DNA from: Planctomycetota bacterium
GTDB taxonomy: Bacteria; Planctomycetota; UBA8108; SXIK01
DNA: 64,000 bases
Assembly: GCA_965223845.1 (NCBI GenBank)
Contig: CBDCXR010000004.1
Coordinates: 7,552,001-7,616,000 of the forward strand
Direction: 5' to 3'
In this document: in pieces, positions 20,115 through 31,513 of the stretch
How the letters are laid out: every line of letters begins with the position of its first letter
Position numbering within the stretch: the first letter of the stretch is position 1
Notes under the pieces: model-generated
Told to the model about the DNA's origin: nothing
Database searches by the model: none
What the model saw: only the letters and a program-made list of their open reading frames with translations
Translations under genes and position numbers: made by a program

Positions 20115-22766
20115 ATGAAGAATCCCGTGCGCGGTGTCGGCCGCCTGTTTCAGAAGGTCTTCGGATCGCACAACGATCGAGTGCTGAAGCGCCTCTGGCC
20201 GGTCGTGCACGCCGTCAGCCAGAAGGAATCCGAGATCCAGACGCTCTCCGACGAGAAGCTCGAAGGAAAGACTGCCGAGTTCCGCGATCGCCTGAGCGGA
20301 GGAGCGAAGCTCGACGACCTTCTCCCCGAGGCCTTCGCCTGCGTTCGCGAGTCGTCGCGTCGCAATCTGAAGACGGCCGACGGGACGCCGATGCGCCACT
20401 TCGACTGCCAGCTTCTCGGCGGCCTCGTTCTTCACCAGGGCGGGATCGCGGAGATGCTCACCGGCGAGGGAAAGACTCTCGTCGCGACGTCACCGTCCTA
20501 CTTGAACGCGCTCCCCCAAAACGGTGTCCACATCGTGACGGTGAACGATTACCTCGCGCGCCGCGATGCCGATTGGATGGCGCCCGTCTATACGGGTCTC
20601 GGGGTGTCGGTGGGGGCGATCCAGTCGGAGATGGATTCGCAGGAGCGCCGTGAGTTCTACGCCCGCGACATCACGTACGGCACGAACAACGAATTCGGCT
20701 TCGACTACCTGCGTGACAACATGAAGCTCGACTCGCGCGAGCAGGTGCAGCAGGGACGGCGCGCCTACGCGATCGTCGACGAGGTGGACAGCATTCTCAT
20801 CGACGAGGCGCGAACCCCGCTCATCATTTCGGGGCCAGCCGGGGAATCGAGCGAGAAATACCACGTCGCCAATCGCGTCGCGAAGCGACTTCGCCGCGGT
20901 CAAGACTTCGAGGTGAAGGAGAAGGAACGCTCGGTGATCTTGACCGAGGCCGGGATCACTAAGGCCGAGAAGCTCGTCGGAGTACCGAGCTTCTACGTCG
21001 GGAAACACATGGAGTGGCCCCATCTCCTCGAGCAGGCCTTGCGCGCGCACCACCTCTACCGCCGCGACACCGAGTACGTCGTCCGCGACGGCGAGGTCGT
21101 CATCGTCGACGAGTTCACCGGGCGACTGATGGAGGGGCGAACCTGGAGCGAGGGACTGCACCAGGCAGTCGAGGCGAAGGAAGGGCTCCAAATCCGCCGG
21201 GAGAATCAGACGCTCGCGACGATCACGCTGCAAAACTACTTCAAGCTCTACGAGAAGCTCGCGGGAATGACCGGTACCGCGCTGACCGAGGCGGTCGAGT
21301 TCGATCGGATCTACAAGCTCCCCGTCGTCTCGATTCCGCCGAACCGACCCGTTCAGCGCATCGACCACTCGGACGTCGTCTACCGAACCGCGCGCGAAAA
21401 GTACAACGCGATCGCCGAGGAGATCCTCGAGGTCAATCAGGAGGGGCGCCCGGTGCTCGTCGGAACGACGTCGATCGAGAAATCCGAGCTGCTGAGCGGC
21501 ATGCTCTCTCGTCGCGGTATCTCTCACGAGGTGCTGAACGCGAAGCAGCACGAGCGCGAAGCGGACATCGTCGCCAGCGCCGGTCAGCCCGGGCGCGTGA
21601 CCATTTCGACGAACATGGCGGGCCGCGGTACGGACATCGTTCTCGGTCCCGGTGTCGCCAAGAAGGGCGGGCTCCACGTTCTCGGCACGGAGCGCCACGA
21701 ATCGCGGCGGATCGACAATCAGCTCCGAGGACGCTGCGCGCGACAGGGCGACCCCGGATCTTCGCGTTTCTTCCTCTGCCTCGAGGACGATTTGATGCGG
21801 CGGTTCGCGTCGGAGCGAGTCGGTGACATCCTCAAGCGACTCGGCATGAAGGAAGGCGACGAGATCTCGCATCCCTGGGTGAACAAGTCCATCGAGCGCG
21901 CACAAAAGAAAGTCGAGAACTATCACTTCGAGATTCGACGGAACCTGCTCGAGTACGACGCCGTCCTCAACGAGCAGCGCGGTCTCGTCTACTCGCAGCG
22001 CCAGCGTGTGCTCGAGGGCGACGATCTCTCCGAGATCGTTCTCACGATGGCGGAGAAGACGGTTCATTCCCGGACAGAGTACTACCTGAGCCTGCCGGTG
22101 CCGGATCCGAGCCGGAACGCGGAGGACGAAGGCGTCCCGCATCCCGTGGACGAGCTTCGGCTTTGGGTCGAGAGCTCGTACGGTTTCGCGGTGAGCGACG
22201 AAGATCTCGGCATCGACCGCTCGGTGCCGCTCGACGATCAGCACGAAGACGTCGCCGACCGGCTCGTCGAGGTGTACAAGTCGCACTACAACGAGAAGCG
22301 CGACGCCGTCGGCGAGGAGGTGCTCGCCCGAGTCGAGCGGTACATCCTGCTCATGAAGTTCGACGAGAAGTGGCGCGACCACCTCCACGCGCTCGAGCAG
22401 CTTCGTCACGGGATCAGCATGCGCGCGGTCGGTCAGATCGACCCGAAGATGGCGTACAAGCAGGAGGGTTACCAAATGTTCTCGGAGATGATCGAGAATC
22501 TCCGGAGCGAGGTCGCCCAGCTCGTCCTTCGGGTCGAAGTGCGCCCCGAAGACGAGCGCGAGATGGAGAGCGGTCTCGATAGCGCTGAATACCACGGCGG
22601 TGGCGGAGGCGCTGAGGGTGAGGCTGGCGAGGGGGAGGTGACGACCAACGCCAAGAGCGAGGGGCCGCGAAAGCCGATCGTGAACAAGCAGCCTAAGGTC
22701 GGTCGCAACGATCCGTGTCCCTGCGGCAGCGGGAAGAAGTACAAGCGCTGCCACGGCGCGGCTTGA
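20115..22766 (+). CDS. secA: Preprotein translocase subunit SecA
   Basis: 'EMLTGEGKT', '[20 protein letters not shown]', '[10 protein letters not shown]', C-terminal SEC-C '[19 protein letters not shown]'. Confidence 0.98.
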   Translation: MKNPVRGVGRLFQKVFGSHNDRVLKRLWPVVHAVSQKESEIQTLSDEKLEGKTAEFRDRLSGGAKLDDLLPEAFACVRESSRRNLKTADGTPMRHFDCQLLGGLVLHQGGIAEMLTGEGKTLVATSPSYLNALPQNGVHIVTVNDYLARRDADWMAPVYTGLGVSVGAIQSEMDSQERREFYARDITYGTNNEFGFDYLRDNMKLDSREQVQQGRRAYAIVDEVDSILIDEARTPLIISGPAGESSEKYHVANRVAKRLRRGQDFEVKEKERSVILTEAGITKAEKLVGVPSFYVGKHMEWPHLLEQALRAHHLYRRDTEYVVRDGEVVIVDEFTGRLMEGRTWSEGLHQAVEAKEGLQIRRENQTLATITLQNYFKLYEKLAGMTGTALTEAVEFDRIYKLPVVSIPPNRPVQRIDHSDVVYRTAREKYNAIAEEILEVNQEGRPVLVGTTSIEKSELLSGMLSRRGISHEVLNAKQHEREADIVASAGQPGRVTISTNMAGRGTDIVLGPGVAKKGGLHVLGTERHESRRIDNQLRGRCARQGDPGSSRFFLCLEDDLMRRFASERVGDILKRLGMKEGDEISHPWVNKSIERAQKKVENYHFEIRRNLLEYDAVLNEQRGLVYSQRQRVLEGDDLSEIVLTMAEKTVHSRTEYYLSLPVPDPSRNAEDEGVPHPVDELRLWVESSYGFAVSDEDLGIDRSVPLDDQHEDVADRLVEVYKSHYNEKRDAVGEEVLARVERYILLMKFDEKWRDHLHALEQLRHGISMRAVGQIDPKMAYKQEGYQMFSEMIENLRSEVAQLVLRVEVRPEDEREMESGLDSAEYHGGGGGAEGEAGEGEVTTNAKSEGPRKPIVNKQPKVGRNDPCPCGSGKKYKRCHGAA

Positions 22767-22779
22767 GCGTTCGGTCGTC

Positions 22780-24195
22780 GTGCCTTCCGGGTCGAGTTCG
22801 CCCGAGTCTCTCCGCCCTTCGGAGTGGTCCCCGCGCGCGCGGCGTCCCTCCGGAACGCGAGCGTGGACGCTCCTCGCACTCAGCCTCGTCCTCGATCTCG
22901 TCTATCTCGCGCTGCTTCCGATCATCGCCGTCGTCTGGATCGTGCTCTCGCGCGGATTCACGCGGCGAAAGTACGTCGCGGGCTGGCGTGAAAAATGGGG
23001 TGGAGTGGCCGAACGCGAGTCGGGCCGTCCCGGACTCTGGGTTCACGCGGTCTCGGTCGGCGAGGCTCAGACCGCAGTGCCCCTGGTCGCGGCGCTGCGG
23101 GATCGGTTCCCCGAGTGCGACGTCGACGTCTCCGTCTCGACACCGACGGGTCACGCGGTGGCTGTCCGCAACTTCGGAAAGGACAACGTTCACTACGCCC
23201 CCGTCGACGTCGGCCTCGTCGCGGGACGAGTTCTCGCGCGCCGGCGGCCCTCGGCGATCCTCCTCGTCGAGCTCGAGCTTTGGCCCGGATTCCTTCTTTC
23301 GGCCGTGCGGCGCGGCATTCCGGTCTTCGTCGTCAACGGACGGCTGACGGAGCGCTCGCTCCGAGGGTATCTGAGGTTCGGGTATCTCTCGCGGCGGCTC
23401 GTTTCGCTCGTCACCGGATTCGGCGTGCAGACCGCCGAGTACGCCGAGCGGTTCGTTCGCCTCGGGGTGGATTCGCGGCGGGTGGAAGTCCTCGGGAACC
23501 TGAAGCACGACCGCCCGCCCGCGCCCGCGGCCGAGCGCGGAGATGCGTACCGTCGGGCGCTCGGCTGGACGGCCGACTCGGTGCGCGTCGTCGTCGGTGG
23601 ATCGACCCACCCGGGCGAGGAGGCACTGCTCGCGCGACTCGCGGGCGAGTGGCGGGAGACGGCGCCCGATCTCCGGCTCGTCGTCGTGCCGCGCCACGTC
23701 GATCGCATCGACTCCGCGGAGCTCGAGTCGTGGGAAGCGAGTCGGCCGGTCGTACGGTGGAGCGAGCTGCGCGATCCCGAATCGGGTGCGCCGGGCCGCG
23801 CGCTCGGCGACGAGATCCTCGTCGTCGATACCGTCGGCGAGCTCGAAGCGTTCTATCGTCTCGCCGACATCGTGTTTGTGGGCGGCACGATGATCGAGCA
23901 CGGCGGTCACAACCTCTTCGAAGCGGCGCAGCTCGGAAAGCCGGTCGTCTTTGGCCCGCACATCTGGAACTTCCGCTTCGAGGCCGATCGGCTGCTCGGC
24001 GAAAACGCGGCGGTGGCCGTCGGGTCGCCAGACGAGCTCGGGACGCGCATTCGCGATCTCCTGAGCGACCCGGAGGAGCGCGCCCGCCTCGCGGCGAGCG
24101 CGAGCTCGGTCACGGCGCAACTTCGGGGTGCGACGCGTCGCCACATCGAATGGCTCGCGCGGGAGTTGCAGCTTTTCTTCGGATCGGGCAGTTGA
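22780..24195 (+). CDS. waaA: 3-deoxy-D-manno-octulosonic acid (Kdo) transferase
   Basis: 'WVHAVSVGE', 'ELELWP', 'GNLKHD', 'GSTHPGEE', 'VPRH', 'DTVGEL', 'GGHNLFE'. Confidence 0.93.
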   Translation: MPSGSSSPESLRPSEWSPRARRPSGTRAWTLLALSLVLDLVYLALLPIIAVVWIVLSRGFTRRKYVAGWREKWGGVAERESGRPGLWVHAVSVGEAQTAVPLVAALRDRFPECDVDVSVSTPTGHAVAVRNFGKDNVHYAPVDVGLVAGRVLARRRPSAILLVELELWPGFLLSAVRRGIPVFVVNGRLTERSLRGYLRFGYLSRRLVSLVTGFGVQTAEYAERFVRLGVDSRRVEVLGNLKHDRPPAPAAERGDAYRRALGWTADSVRVVVGGSTHPGEEALLARLAGEWRETAPDLRLVVVPRHVDRIDSAELESWEASRPVVRWSELRDPESGAPGRALGDEILVVDTVGELEAFYRLADIVFVGGTMIEHGGHNLFEAAQLGKPVVFGPHIWNFRFEADRLLGENAAVAVGSPDELGTRIRDLLSDPEERARLAASASSVTAQLRGATRRHIEWLARELQLFFGSGS

Positions 24196-24292
24196 TAAAA
24201 TCCTCCGCCTTTCGTGGAGCCGCCGTCCGTTGCTCGGGTCGCACGCGTCGGTCCGCAGAATCCCCATCTATGAGCGGAGAGAGTGACACGCT

Positions 24293-25459
24293 ATGGCTGA
24301 GCGCACGCTGTTCACTTCAGAGTCGGTCACCATGGGGCATCCGGACAAGGTTTCGGACCAGATTTCGGATGCCATCCTTGACGCGATGCTCAGTCACGAC
24401 CCGAACTCTCGCGTCGCGTGCGAGACGCTCGTCACGACGGGCCTGGTGTTCGTCGCGGGCGAAATCACGACTAGCTGCTACGTCGACATTCCCATCCTCG
24501 TCCGGGACACGATCCGCGAGATCGGCTACACGGATGCGGAGATGGGATTCGATTACGCGACCTGCGCGGTCTTGACCGCCATTCAGCAGCAGTCCGACGA
24601 CATCTCGATCGGGGTCACGGAGGGACAGGGCCTCCACAAGGAGATGGGCGCGGGCGATCAGGGCATGATGTTCGGCTACGCCTGCAACGAGACCGAGGAG
24701 AAGATGCCGCTGGCGGTGACGCTGTCGCGTCTTCTCGTCGCCGAGCTCGCACGAGTCCGCGAAACGGGCGAACTCCACTTTCTCCGTCCGGACGGAAAGT
24801 CGCAGGTGACCGTCGAGTACGAGGACGGGAAGCCCGTACGCGTCGACGCCGTCGTGATCTCGACTCAGCACACCCCGGAAGTGGACCACGACACGATCGT
24901 CACGGAAGTCGAAGAGAAGATCATCCGCCGGGTGATCCCACCGCATCTTCTCGACGGAAACTCGACGTTCCACATCAATCCCACCGGACGATTCGTCGTC
25001 GGAGGGCCGCACGGCGACACCGGTCTCACCGGCCGAAAGATCATCGCCGATACCTACGGTGGCCGCGGTCGTCACGGCGGCGGCGCGTTCTCGGGAAAGG
25101 ATCCGAGCAAGGTGGATCGAAGCGCAGCCTACATGGCGCGCTACATCGCGAAGAACGTGGTCGCGGCGGAGCTCGCCGATCGCTGCGAGGTTCAGCTCTC
25201 CTACGCGATCGGGGTCGCGGACCCGACGTCGGTTCTCGTCGAGACCGAGGGCACGGCAAAGGTGCCCGAGCGCACGATCGAGAAGCTCGTGCGAAAGCAC
25301 TTCCCGCTGAAGCCGGCGGGGATCATCGAGGCGCTCAATCTGCGGCGTCCGATCTACAAGGACACCGCGCGCTACGGGCACTTCGGTCGGAGCGAACCGA
25401 ATCTCACCTGGGAAAAGACCGACCGCGCCCAGGCGCTTCGGGACGACGCGGGCTTGTAG
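24293..25459 (+). CDS. metK: S-adenosylmethionine synthase
   Basis: '[13 protein letters not shown]', 'GAGDQG', '[16 protein letters not shown]'. Confidence 0.98.
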   Translation: MAERTLFTSESVTMGHPDKVSDQISDAILDAMLSHDPNSRVACETLVTTGLVFVAGEITTSCYVDIPILVRDTIREIGYTDAEMGFDYATCAVLTAIQQQSDDISIGVTEGQGLHKEMGAGDQGMMFGYACNETEEKMPLAVTLSRLLVAELARVRETGELHFLRPDGKSQVTVEYEDGKPVRVDAVVISTQHTPEVDHDTIVTEVEEKIIRRVIPPHLLDGNSTFHINPTGRFVVGGPHGDTGLTGRKIIADTYGGRGRHGGGAFSGKDPSKVDRSAAYMARYIAKNVVAAELADRCEVQLSYAIGVADPTSVLVETEGTAKVPERTIEKLVRKHFPLKPAGIIEALNLRRPIYKDTARYGHFGRSEPNLTWEKTDRAQALRDDAGL

Positions 25460-25513
25460 GCCTGGGAGTCGCCTCGTTGCCCGACGCGGTCCCCATCCCT
25501 TCGCGTGAATCTC

Positions 25514-27151
25514 TCAGCGCGGTTCGCAGTTGAACTGCTCGCACGAAAGAGGTGCATCGCCCGGAGTCGGATCGTCGTCACACGTTCCGTCGCCAAGCGG
25601 CCGCCCGAACGGCGAAGCCGGCTCTCGGCCGTTGGCAAAGAGATACGTGAGAAGCGAGATCGCGTCGGCGATGTCGACTCCGTTGTCGTCGTTGACGTCG
25701 GCGGCCGCCTGACAGGTCGGCTTGCGCGTTCCCTGAAAGAGGAACTGGAGAAGGAAGATCGCGTCCGAGACGTCGATGCTCGAGTCCGGGTTGATGTAGC
25801 CGCGGACGAACGGGCGAATGACACCCGTCGGAATCCGAAAGAGGCAGACGTCTTCGGCGGTCGAAGTCTCGAGCTTCCCTTCGACGCGGATCCCCGTCAG
25901 TCGGCTCGGATAATGGCCGAGCTTCGAGAAGCGGAGCGTGTAGTCTCCCGGTGGAATGTCCTCGAAGGTGTAGCGTCCGGTGGCATCGGACCTCGCCAGG
26001 TGTCCGTCCGGCTCCGCCCGGACGAGGACGCCGCTCACGGGTTGACCGGAGTCGCAGTCGCGCGTGATGCCGGTGAGCGTTCCTTGGCTGAAGTAGATCT
26101 TGCCGTGGATGAGATTCGGAGGGACGCTCGAGTCGCCGAAGATGTAGCGGGTGCCGAGGAGCCCGGCGCGACCTTCATCGTCCATGACGAGCTCCTGCCA
26201 CTCTCGTTCCGAGTCGGCGCCGTCGAGCACGTCGAATCGATACACGATCAGACTCTGCCTCGTGACGTCCTCGGGATTCGGTGACAGTTGCTGTCCGTCG
26301 AACGGCTCGCGCCCGTCGAAGAGCACGGCAACCGTGGCGCGATTCCGGCCCGGCGCGAAGTCTTCGAGGATCTCGAAGCTGAACAGCTCGATGAGGCTCC
26401 GTCCGAGCTCGGCGTTCAGGCTCGTCCCGTCCGTCGTGGCGGAGTTGAGCTGGAGGGCGTCCTTCTCGTAGGTGAACGCGATCTGAAATCCGTCGAGCGG
26501 ATTGCGATGTTGAGCGAACGCCGTGATGGGAAGGCTGCGTGACGCACCCGGAAACGCGATCGCCTGATCGAGCATCACGAGATCGGAGCCGGCCGTCACT
26601 CGAAACTCGCCGTCGATCAGGGTCGGCTCGACGCTCTCGCCGGCCGACGAAAAGCGGTTGAACTGCGCGGGAACGCCGATCCCGTCGAGCAAGCGGAGCG
26701 GGTAGACCCCGCCCACGGCAGTCGGCAGGACGTCGAACGTGAGGCGTGCGACGATGCGCGGGTTGCCCGCTTCGGGGGTCGGGGCGAGGCTTTTGAACTC
26801 GGGAGTATCGCTGAGGGTGAGGATGACTCCCATGCTCCCGAGGCCGAGATCATTGTCGATGCGGGAGCCGACGTACTCCGGTTCGAGCGCCGCGATGTGC
26901 GTGCCCGAGACCGAGGTCGAGACGAGCTCGAGGGCGTCACTCGGGTAGGAGAACGCGACGGAGTAGCCGTGGACTTCGACGTCGTTCGAGGCGGTCACGA
27001 TGACCTCGATATCGTTTTCGCCCGGACCGCCTTCGCCGTATCCAATCTGGACTTCGTTCTGTCCGCGGACACCCGAGCTCACGCTCGCCGCGATGCACAG
27101 CGCCGTGAGAAGGCGCCGCGGGGTCGAGATTCTCATCGTTTTGAACTTCAT
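25514..27151 (-). CDS. Secreted protein: two cohesin-like beta domains, carboxypeptidase-regulatory-like domain, C-terminal dockerin-like domain
   Basis: Signal peptide; repeated 'GYSVAFSY..DALEL' / 'GFQIAFTY..DALQL'; 'SDATGRYTF..IPPGDYTL'; 'FVRG..NPDSSIDVSDAI...AADVNDDNGVDIADAI'; ATG overlaps the upstream TGA. Confidence 0.7.
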   Translation of the reverse strand: MKFKTMRISTPRRLLTALCIAASVSSGVRGQNEVQIGYGEGGPGENDIEVIVTASNDVEVHGYSVAFSYPSDALELVSTSVSGTHIAALEPEYVGSRIDNDLGLGSMGVILTLSDTPEFKSLAPTPEAGNPRIVARLTFDVLPTAVGGVYPLRLLDGIGVPAQFNRFSSAGESVEPTLIDGEFRVTAGSDLVMLDQAIAFPGASRSLPITAFAQHRNPLDGFQIAFTYEKDALQLNSATTDGTSLNAELGRSLIELFSFEILEDFAPGRNRATVAVLFDGREPFDGQQLSPNPEDVTRQSLIVYRFDVLDGADSEREWQELVMDDEGRAGLLGTRYIFGDSSVPPNLIHGKIYFSQGTLTGITRDCDSGQPVSGVLVRAEPDGHLARSDATGRYTFEDIPPGDYTLRFSKLGHYPSRLTGIRVEGKLETSTAEDVCLFRIPTGVIRPFVRGYINPDSSIDVSDAIFLLQFLFQGTRKPTCQAAADVNDDNGVDIADAISLLTYLFANGREPASPFGRPLGDGTCDDDPTPGDAPLSCEQFNCEPR

Positions 27152-29343
27152 TCGGCGCAGCTTAGATTGTCGCCCCGAAAGGTCGGATCGGTCGCCGGCT
27201 CTTCGAACGGCGGTGACGGGGCGGGTCCACTTTGGAAGAGGTAAAAGAGCAGCCGGACGGGATCGTTGATGTCGATCGCGCCGTTGTCGTCGACGTCCGC
27301 GGCGTCGAGGCATTTGAGCGACGAGTCGCCGAAGAGATACTCGAGAATCGCGAGCACGTCGGCGATGTTCACGCCGTCGTCTCGATTGGCGTCTCCGCGG
27401 CGAAAGAGGACGGTGAAGAACGGATGCAGCAAGACCTGAAAGATCGCCTTTTGCTCACGTCCGGCGATGAGGAGAGTATTGTCGGAAACCTCGACCCCAC
27501 CGAACGCCTCGGGGTTCGCGAAGATTTCGCCGAGACCTTCTAGCGCGAACTCGAAGTCGGTCACAACGCAGCCTCCCTGGCCGTCGACTTCAGCGAACAG
27601 CTCGCGCACGTGGCCGTCTCCGAAGGCCGAGAGGATCGTTTGCTGCGCCGGATCGAACGCGACCCCGGTCTCGAGCGGGACGCCGTCGCCGGGTGGAGGG
27701 AACCGCGGGAAGCACTCCGACTTCAAGCGGCCGTCCGCGCCGAAGACGAGGATGTCTCGCGCCTCGAGCTCGACGCACATCAGTTGCTGCTCGTCTGCAA
27801 CGTAGGAGAGACCACCGATGCGCGCGTCGGGCGACGGCATGTTGAGCGAGAGGGTCGTCACTCGCGCGCCGTCGGCGGCAGAGATGAGAGCTACGAGGCC
27901 ACCGTCCATTTGGGCGACGGCGAGCAAGTCGGTGAACGTCGTGAACGGCGGCTGACCGGGGAGGCCGAGGTTCGGGATGTCGATTCGCGGGAGATAGCAG
28001 ATTCCACCCGGTCGTTCCCAGGGGCTCGGAAGTTCGCCGATCGGCGCCAGCGACGAATCGTAGCGTTGGATCGTGCCCTCGAAGTTGTCGGTCGTGAAGA
28101 TCTCGCCGCTCGCGGGATTGCGTGCGATGTCGAAGACGGTGTTCCCGGTGATCGGCGCCCATCGCACGATTCCGCCCGCTCCGACCGTGACCTCGCAGGG
28201 AAAGCTCTCCGGACTCATCGTGCCGCCCCGCTCTTCGCTCGCGCTCACGGTGTAGCTCGTGACACCCTCCTTGGGGCTGGTGTCGAGAAACGTCTCGCGC
28301 GAGCCCGGAACGGTCGCGAGCGGGAGTCCGTTGCGCGTGACGAGGACCTCGCCGCCGTACGCGCCCGCGAAACCGGCGCCGCGGTTCTTCCACTCGAGCG
28401 ACACTTGGTTCGACGGCGTCAGGGTGCAGGTGAGCCACGCGGGGGCGGCGATCTCGGGGAGCGTGTGCTCGACCTCCACAATTTCCCCGGCTCCGGTGAG
28501 CACCATCGCCCGTAGGCGCATTCCTTGGCGAAACACGGTGAACCCGCCCGCGATGACACCCGGAACGTCGAGGAGAGGGAGATGGACACCGCTCTCCGTT
28601 CCGTTCAAATGGATCTGAATCAACTGTCCGGGACCGCTGCGAAAGAGGTCGCCGTGGGCCACGTACAGCCTCGACGTGAGCCCGCCTTCCGGGGTCGGCA
28701 CAGCGGAATACGCGACCCCGTCGCCGCGCACGTCCGCGGCCGCCGGGTCGTCGCCCGGAACGAGCAGCGTCCGCGTGATCGTGCCGGTCATGTCGAAGCG
28801 CACCACGAGGTCGTTCGCGATATCGAGCGTCCAGAGCGCCTGGCTCGCTCCGTCGTAGGTGAGTCCGCGCAGCCGGCTCGAGTCGGGGTCCGGCGGAATG
28901 AGCTCGAAGCTTCCGTCCTCGACTTCGGTGCCGTCGGTCCCGAGTTCACGAACGAACCACTGCGGCCCGTCTTGAGCGAGAACGAACAGAGTCTCGGAGG
29001 ATTCCCGGTAAGCGATCCCGTAGGTGAGGATGAAATCCGGGATGACGCCCGTCCCGTGCGGATTGTCGATCGTGGCCGTCAGCTCCGCGAGCTGCGAATC
29101 GATCCCGTAGATCTTGCCGTCGAGGCGAGTCGAGACCCAAACCGTTCCGGAGCCGGCGTCCGGCGCGAAGGTGAGGTCGGACGGCCCGGCGCTCACGAGC
29201 AGCTCGGAGATTCGGAGAACATCCCCGTTCTCAGCGACCGCAGTCCGCGGAAAGTACGCCGTGGCAGCCGCGATCGCGATCGCTAGCAAATACGCACGGG
29301 AGGGAGATCGACACACGCAGGGCGCGAAACAGCGCAGAGTCAT
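27148..29343 (-). CDS. Secreted beta-propeller/FN3-like protein with C-terminal dockerin-like domain
   Basis: Signal peptide; propeller-like repeats; 'FRRGDANRDDGVNIADV...CLDAADVDDNGAIDINDP'. Confidence 0.7.
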   Translation of the reverse strand: MTLRCFAPCVCRSPSRAYLLAIAIAAATAYFPRTAVAENGDVLRISELLVSAGPSDLTFAPDAGSGTVWVSTRLDGKIYGIDSQLAELTATIDNPHGTGVIPDFILTYGIAYRESSETLFVLAQDGPQWFVRELGTDGTEVEDGSFELIPPDPDSSRLRGLTYDGASQALWTLDIANDLVVRFDMTGTITRTLLVPGDDPAAADVRGDGVAYSAVPTPEGGLTSRLYVAHGDLFRSGPGQLIQIHLNGTESGVHLPLLDVPGVIAGGFTVFRQGMRLRAMVLTGAGEIVEVEHTLPEIAAPAWLTCTLTPSNQVSLEWKNRGAGFAGAYGGEVLVTRNGLPLATVPGSRETFLDTSPKEGVTSYTVSASEERGGTMSPESFPCEVTVGAGGIVRWAPITGNTVFDIARNPASGEIFTTDNFEGTIQRYDSSLAPIGELPSPWERPGGICYLPRIDIPNLGLPGQPPFTTFTDLLAVAQMDGGLVALISAADGARVTTLSLNMPSPDARIGGLSYVADEQQLMCVELEARDILVFGADGRLKSECFPRFPPPGDGVPLETGVAFDPAQQTILSAFGDGHVRELFAEVDGQGGCVVTDFEFALEGLGEIFANPEAFGGVEVSDNTLLIAGREQKAIFQVLLHPFFTVLFRRGDANRDDGVNIADVLAILEYLFGDSSLKCLDAADVDDNGAIDINDPVRLLFYLFQSGPAPSPPFEEPATDPTFRGDNLSCAE

Positions 29344-29635
29344 TCGCACAGTCCCATTCGGGCGGTCCTTCCTGCCGCCCCGCGCGCGAATGAGCGCGGC
29401 TCGATCGGACGAGCGTCGCCGACCGTGCTCGAGGCGTTGACAATCAGGAGACAAAGCGGTACCAAAACCCAGCCGGAGAGCGCTAAGATAAGGTGGGGTG
29501 GGGGTTTACGATGCGCGGGTCCGGCTCGAAAAGAGTGGAAGGCCAATTATAGCCACCCCAGAATGGCCGACCAAACAAAAAGGTCACGGCCGGCCGAGCA
29601 CTGGGCGTGCAGATAGGAATGGGAGGCGTCGAATC

Positions 29636-30268
29636 TTGACTTCAGCTTCCGAACGACGGATCGGCGTGTTCGGCGGAAGCTTCAACCCGATCCACAACGG
29701 CCACCTCGCGGTCGCTCGAGCCGCGATCGGGGCGCACGAGCTGGACGAGGTCTTGCTCGTTCCCGCGGCCTCGCCGCCGCACAAGCGGACGCGGGAGCTC
29801 GCGCCGGCGCCCGATCGTCTGGCGATGGCTCGTCTCGGCGCCGCCGAAGACGATCGAATCGGCGTTTCGGCGGTCGAGCTCGAGCGCGATGGCCCGAGCT
29901 ACACGGTCGACACCCTCGCGGAGCTGCGCCGCCGATTCCCCGCGAGCGAGCTCTTTTTCATCGTCGGTGCCGACTCTTGGATCGACTTTCCCACCTGGAG
30001 AGACCCCGCGGGAATCCTCGCCCTCGCCCGGCTCGTCGTCGTCAATCGACCCGGCGTTGCGTTCGACTGGACGGACGACGCGTTCGCGCGGCGGTTTTCG
30101 CCCGCCGACTTGTTGCGTCTCCAGAATGATGCAGTAACAATGCCCCCCTCTCCGGTCGAAGCAACCGATCTTCGCGCGCTCGTGCGTGCCGGTGAGTCGA
30201 TCAAACGCTTCGTTCCCCCGGGCGTGGCGGAGTACATCGCGGCGCGCGGACTCTACCGCGACGGGTGA
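29636..30268 (+). CDS. nadD: Nicotinate-nucleotide adenylyltransferase
   Basis: 'GVFGGSFNPIHNGH', 'PPHK', 'SYTVDTL', 'IVGAD'; TTG start with GGAGG RBS. Confidence 0.93.
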   Translation: MTSASERRIGVFGGSFNPIHNGHLAVARAAIGAHELDEVLLVPAASPPHKRTRELAPAPDRLAMARLGAAEDDRIGVSAVELERDGPSYTVDTLAELRRRFPASELFFIVGADSWIDFPTWRDPAGILALARLVVVNRPGVAFDWTDDAFARRFSPADLLRLQNDAVTMPPSPVEATDLRALVRAGESIKRFVPPGVAEYIAARGLYRDG

Positions 30269-30390
30269 GAGCTCGCACCTACGACGCGGCAGCCGTGTCC
30301 GCGCGAAACTTCCGCGAGGGTGCTGGACGCGGCGCTCGATCCGCTCGTGCCGCGGGCGCTGAGCGAACTCACGGTGGACGGGTGACCTGA

Positions 30391-31512
30391 ATGTCGATGA
30401 CCGTTGGCGTCCCCAAGGAGATCAAGCCGGACGAGTATCGCGTCGCCGTCGCACCGTCCGGAGTTCACGCGCTCGCCGAGCGCGGGCACGAGGTCCTCGT
30501 CGAGCGGGGTGCCGGCGCGGGAAGCGGAATCACCGACGAGGAGTACGCCGCGGCCGGCGCGCGAATCGTCGCCTCCGCCTCCGATCTCTACGCCGAGAGC
30601 TCGATCATCGTGAAGGTGAAGGAGCCTCAGCCCGAGGAGTACGGGCGCATCGAGAGTCGGCACGTCGTCTTCACGTACTTTCATTTCGCGGCGTCTCGCG
30701 CCCTCACCGACGCGATGCTCGAGAGCGGCGCAACCTGCGTCGCGTACGAGACGATCGAAGACGACGCCGGTCACCTGCCGCTGCTCACGCCGATGAGCGA
30801 GGTCGCCGGTCGGATGGCTTCGCTTCAGGGGGCGAAGTACCTCGAGAGACCCTCGGGCGGACGCGGCGTCCTGATCTCGGGAGTACCGGGAGTGGAGCCG
30901 GCGAAGGTCGTCATCCTGGGTGCGGGAGTCGTGGGCATGAACGCAGCGGGGATGGCGGCGGGAATGGGCGCGCAGGTGACGCTCTTCGACATTCGGCGCG
31001 ACCGTCTGCGCCACGTCCACGAGGTCTTGCCTCCGAACGTCACCACGCTACACTCCAATCCGTTCCTCATTGGGAAGAAGGTGGCTCAAGCCGACCTCGT
31101 GATCGGAGCGGTCCTCGTCCCCGGTGCGCGAGCGCCCTGTCTCGTCCGCCGTGAGGATGTCGCCGCGATGAAGGCCGGGTCGGTCATCGTCGACGTCGCC
31201 GTCGACCAGGGAGGCTGTATCGAGACCGGACGTCCGACGACGCACAGCGAACCCATTTACGTGGACGAGGACGTGGTGCACTATTGCGTGTCGAACATGC
31301 CGGGGGCGGTGGCTCGCACGAGCACGTTCGCGCTCGCCAGCTCCACCTTGCCGTATCTTTTGGTGTTAGCCGAGAGCGGCGTTCGCGGTCTCATCGCTAA
31401 GGGGCCGCCCACGGCGCAGGGCGTCAATGTTTGCGGCGGTCGAGTGTATCACCGAGGAGTGGCGACGACGTTCGGGCTCCCTCTGGCTTCGATCGCGGAT
31501 TGCGTTCGCTGA
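30391..31512 (+). CDS. ald: Alanine dehydrogenase
   Basis: 'GVPKEIK..EYRV', 'VKVKEP', 'LLTPMSEVAGR', 'DVAVDQGGC', 'NMPGAV'. Confidence 0.96.
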   Translation: MSMTVGVPKEIKPDEYRVAVAPSGVHALAERGHEVLVERGAGAGSGITDEEYAAAGARIVASASDLYAESSIIVKVKEPQPEEYGRIESRHVVFTYFHFAASRALTDAMLESGATCVAYETIEDDAGHLPLLTPMSEVAGRMASLQGAKYLERPSGGRGVLISGVPGVEPAKVVILGAGVVGMNAAGMAAGMGAQVTLFDIRRDRLRHVHEVLPPNVTTLHSNPFLIGKKVAQADLVIGAVLVPGARAPCLVRREDVAAMKAGSVIVDVAVDQGGCIETGRPTTHSEPIYVDEDVVHYCVSNMPGAVARTSTFALASSTLPYLLVLAESGVRGLIAKGPPTAQGVNVCGGRVYHRGVATTFGLPLASIADCVR

Positions 31513-31513
31513 G

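Noticed and set aside
24196-24292. SAM riboswitch upstream of metK
   Set aside because: The spacer is short and has no recognisable SAM-I or SAM-II consensus.
29437-29600. c-di-GMP-I riboswitch or promoter between the dockerin gene and nadD
   Set aside because: The similarity is superficial (GAAA..GAGTGG) and the P1/P3 elements are absent; TTGACA at 29437 has only a poor -10 partner (TACCAA).
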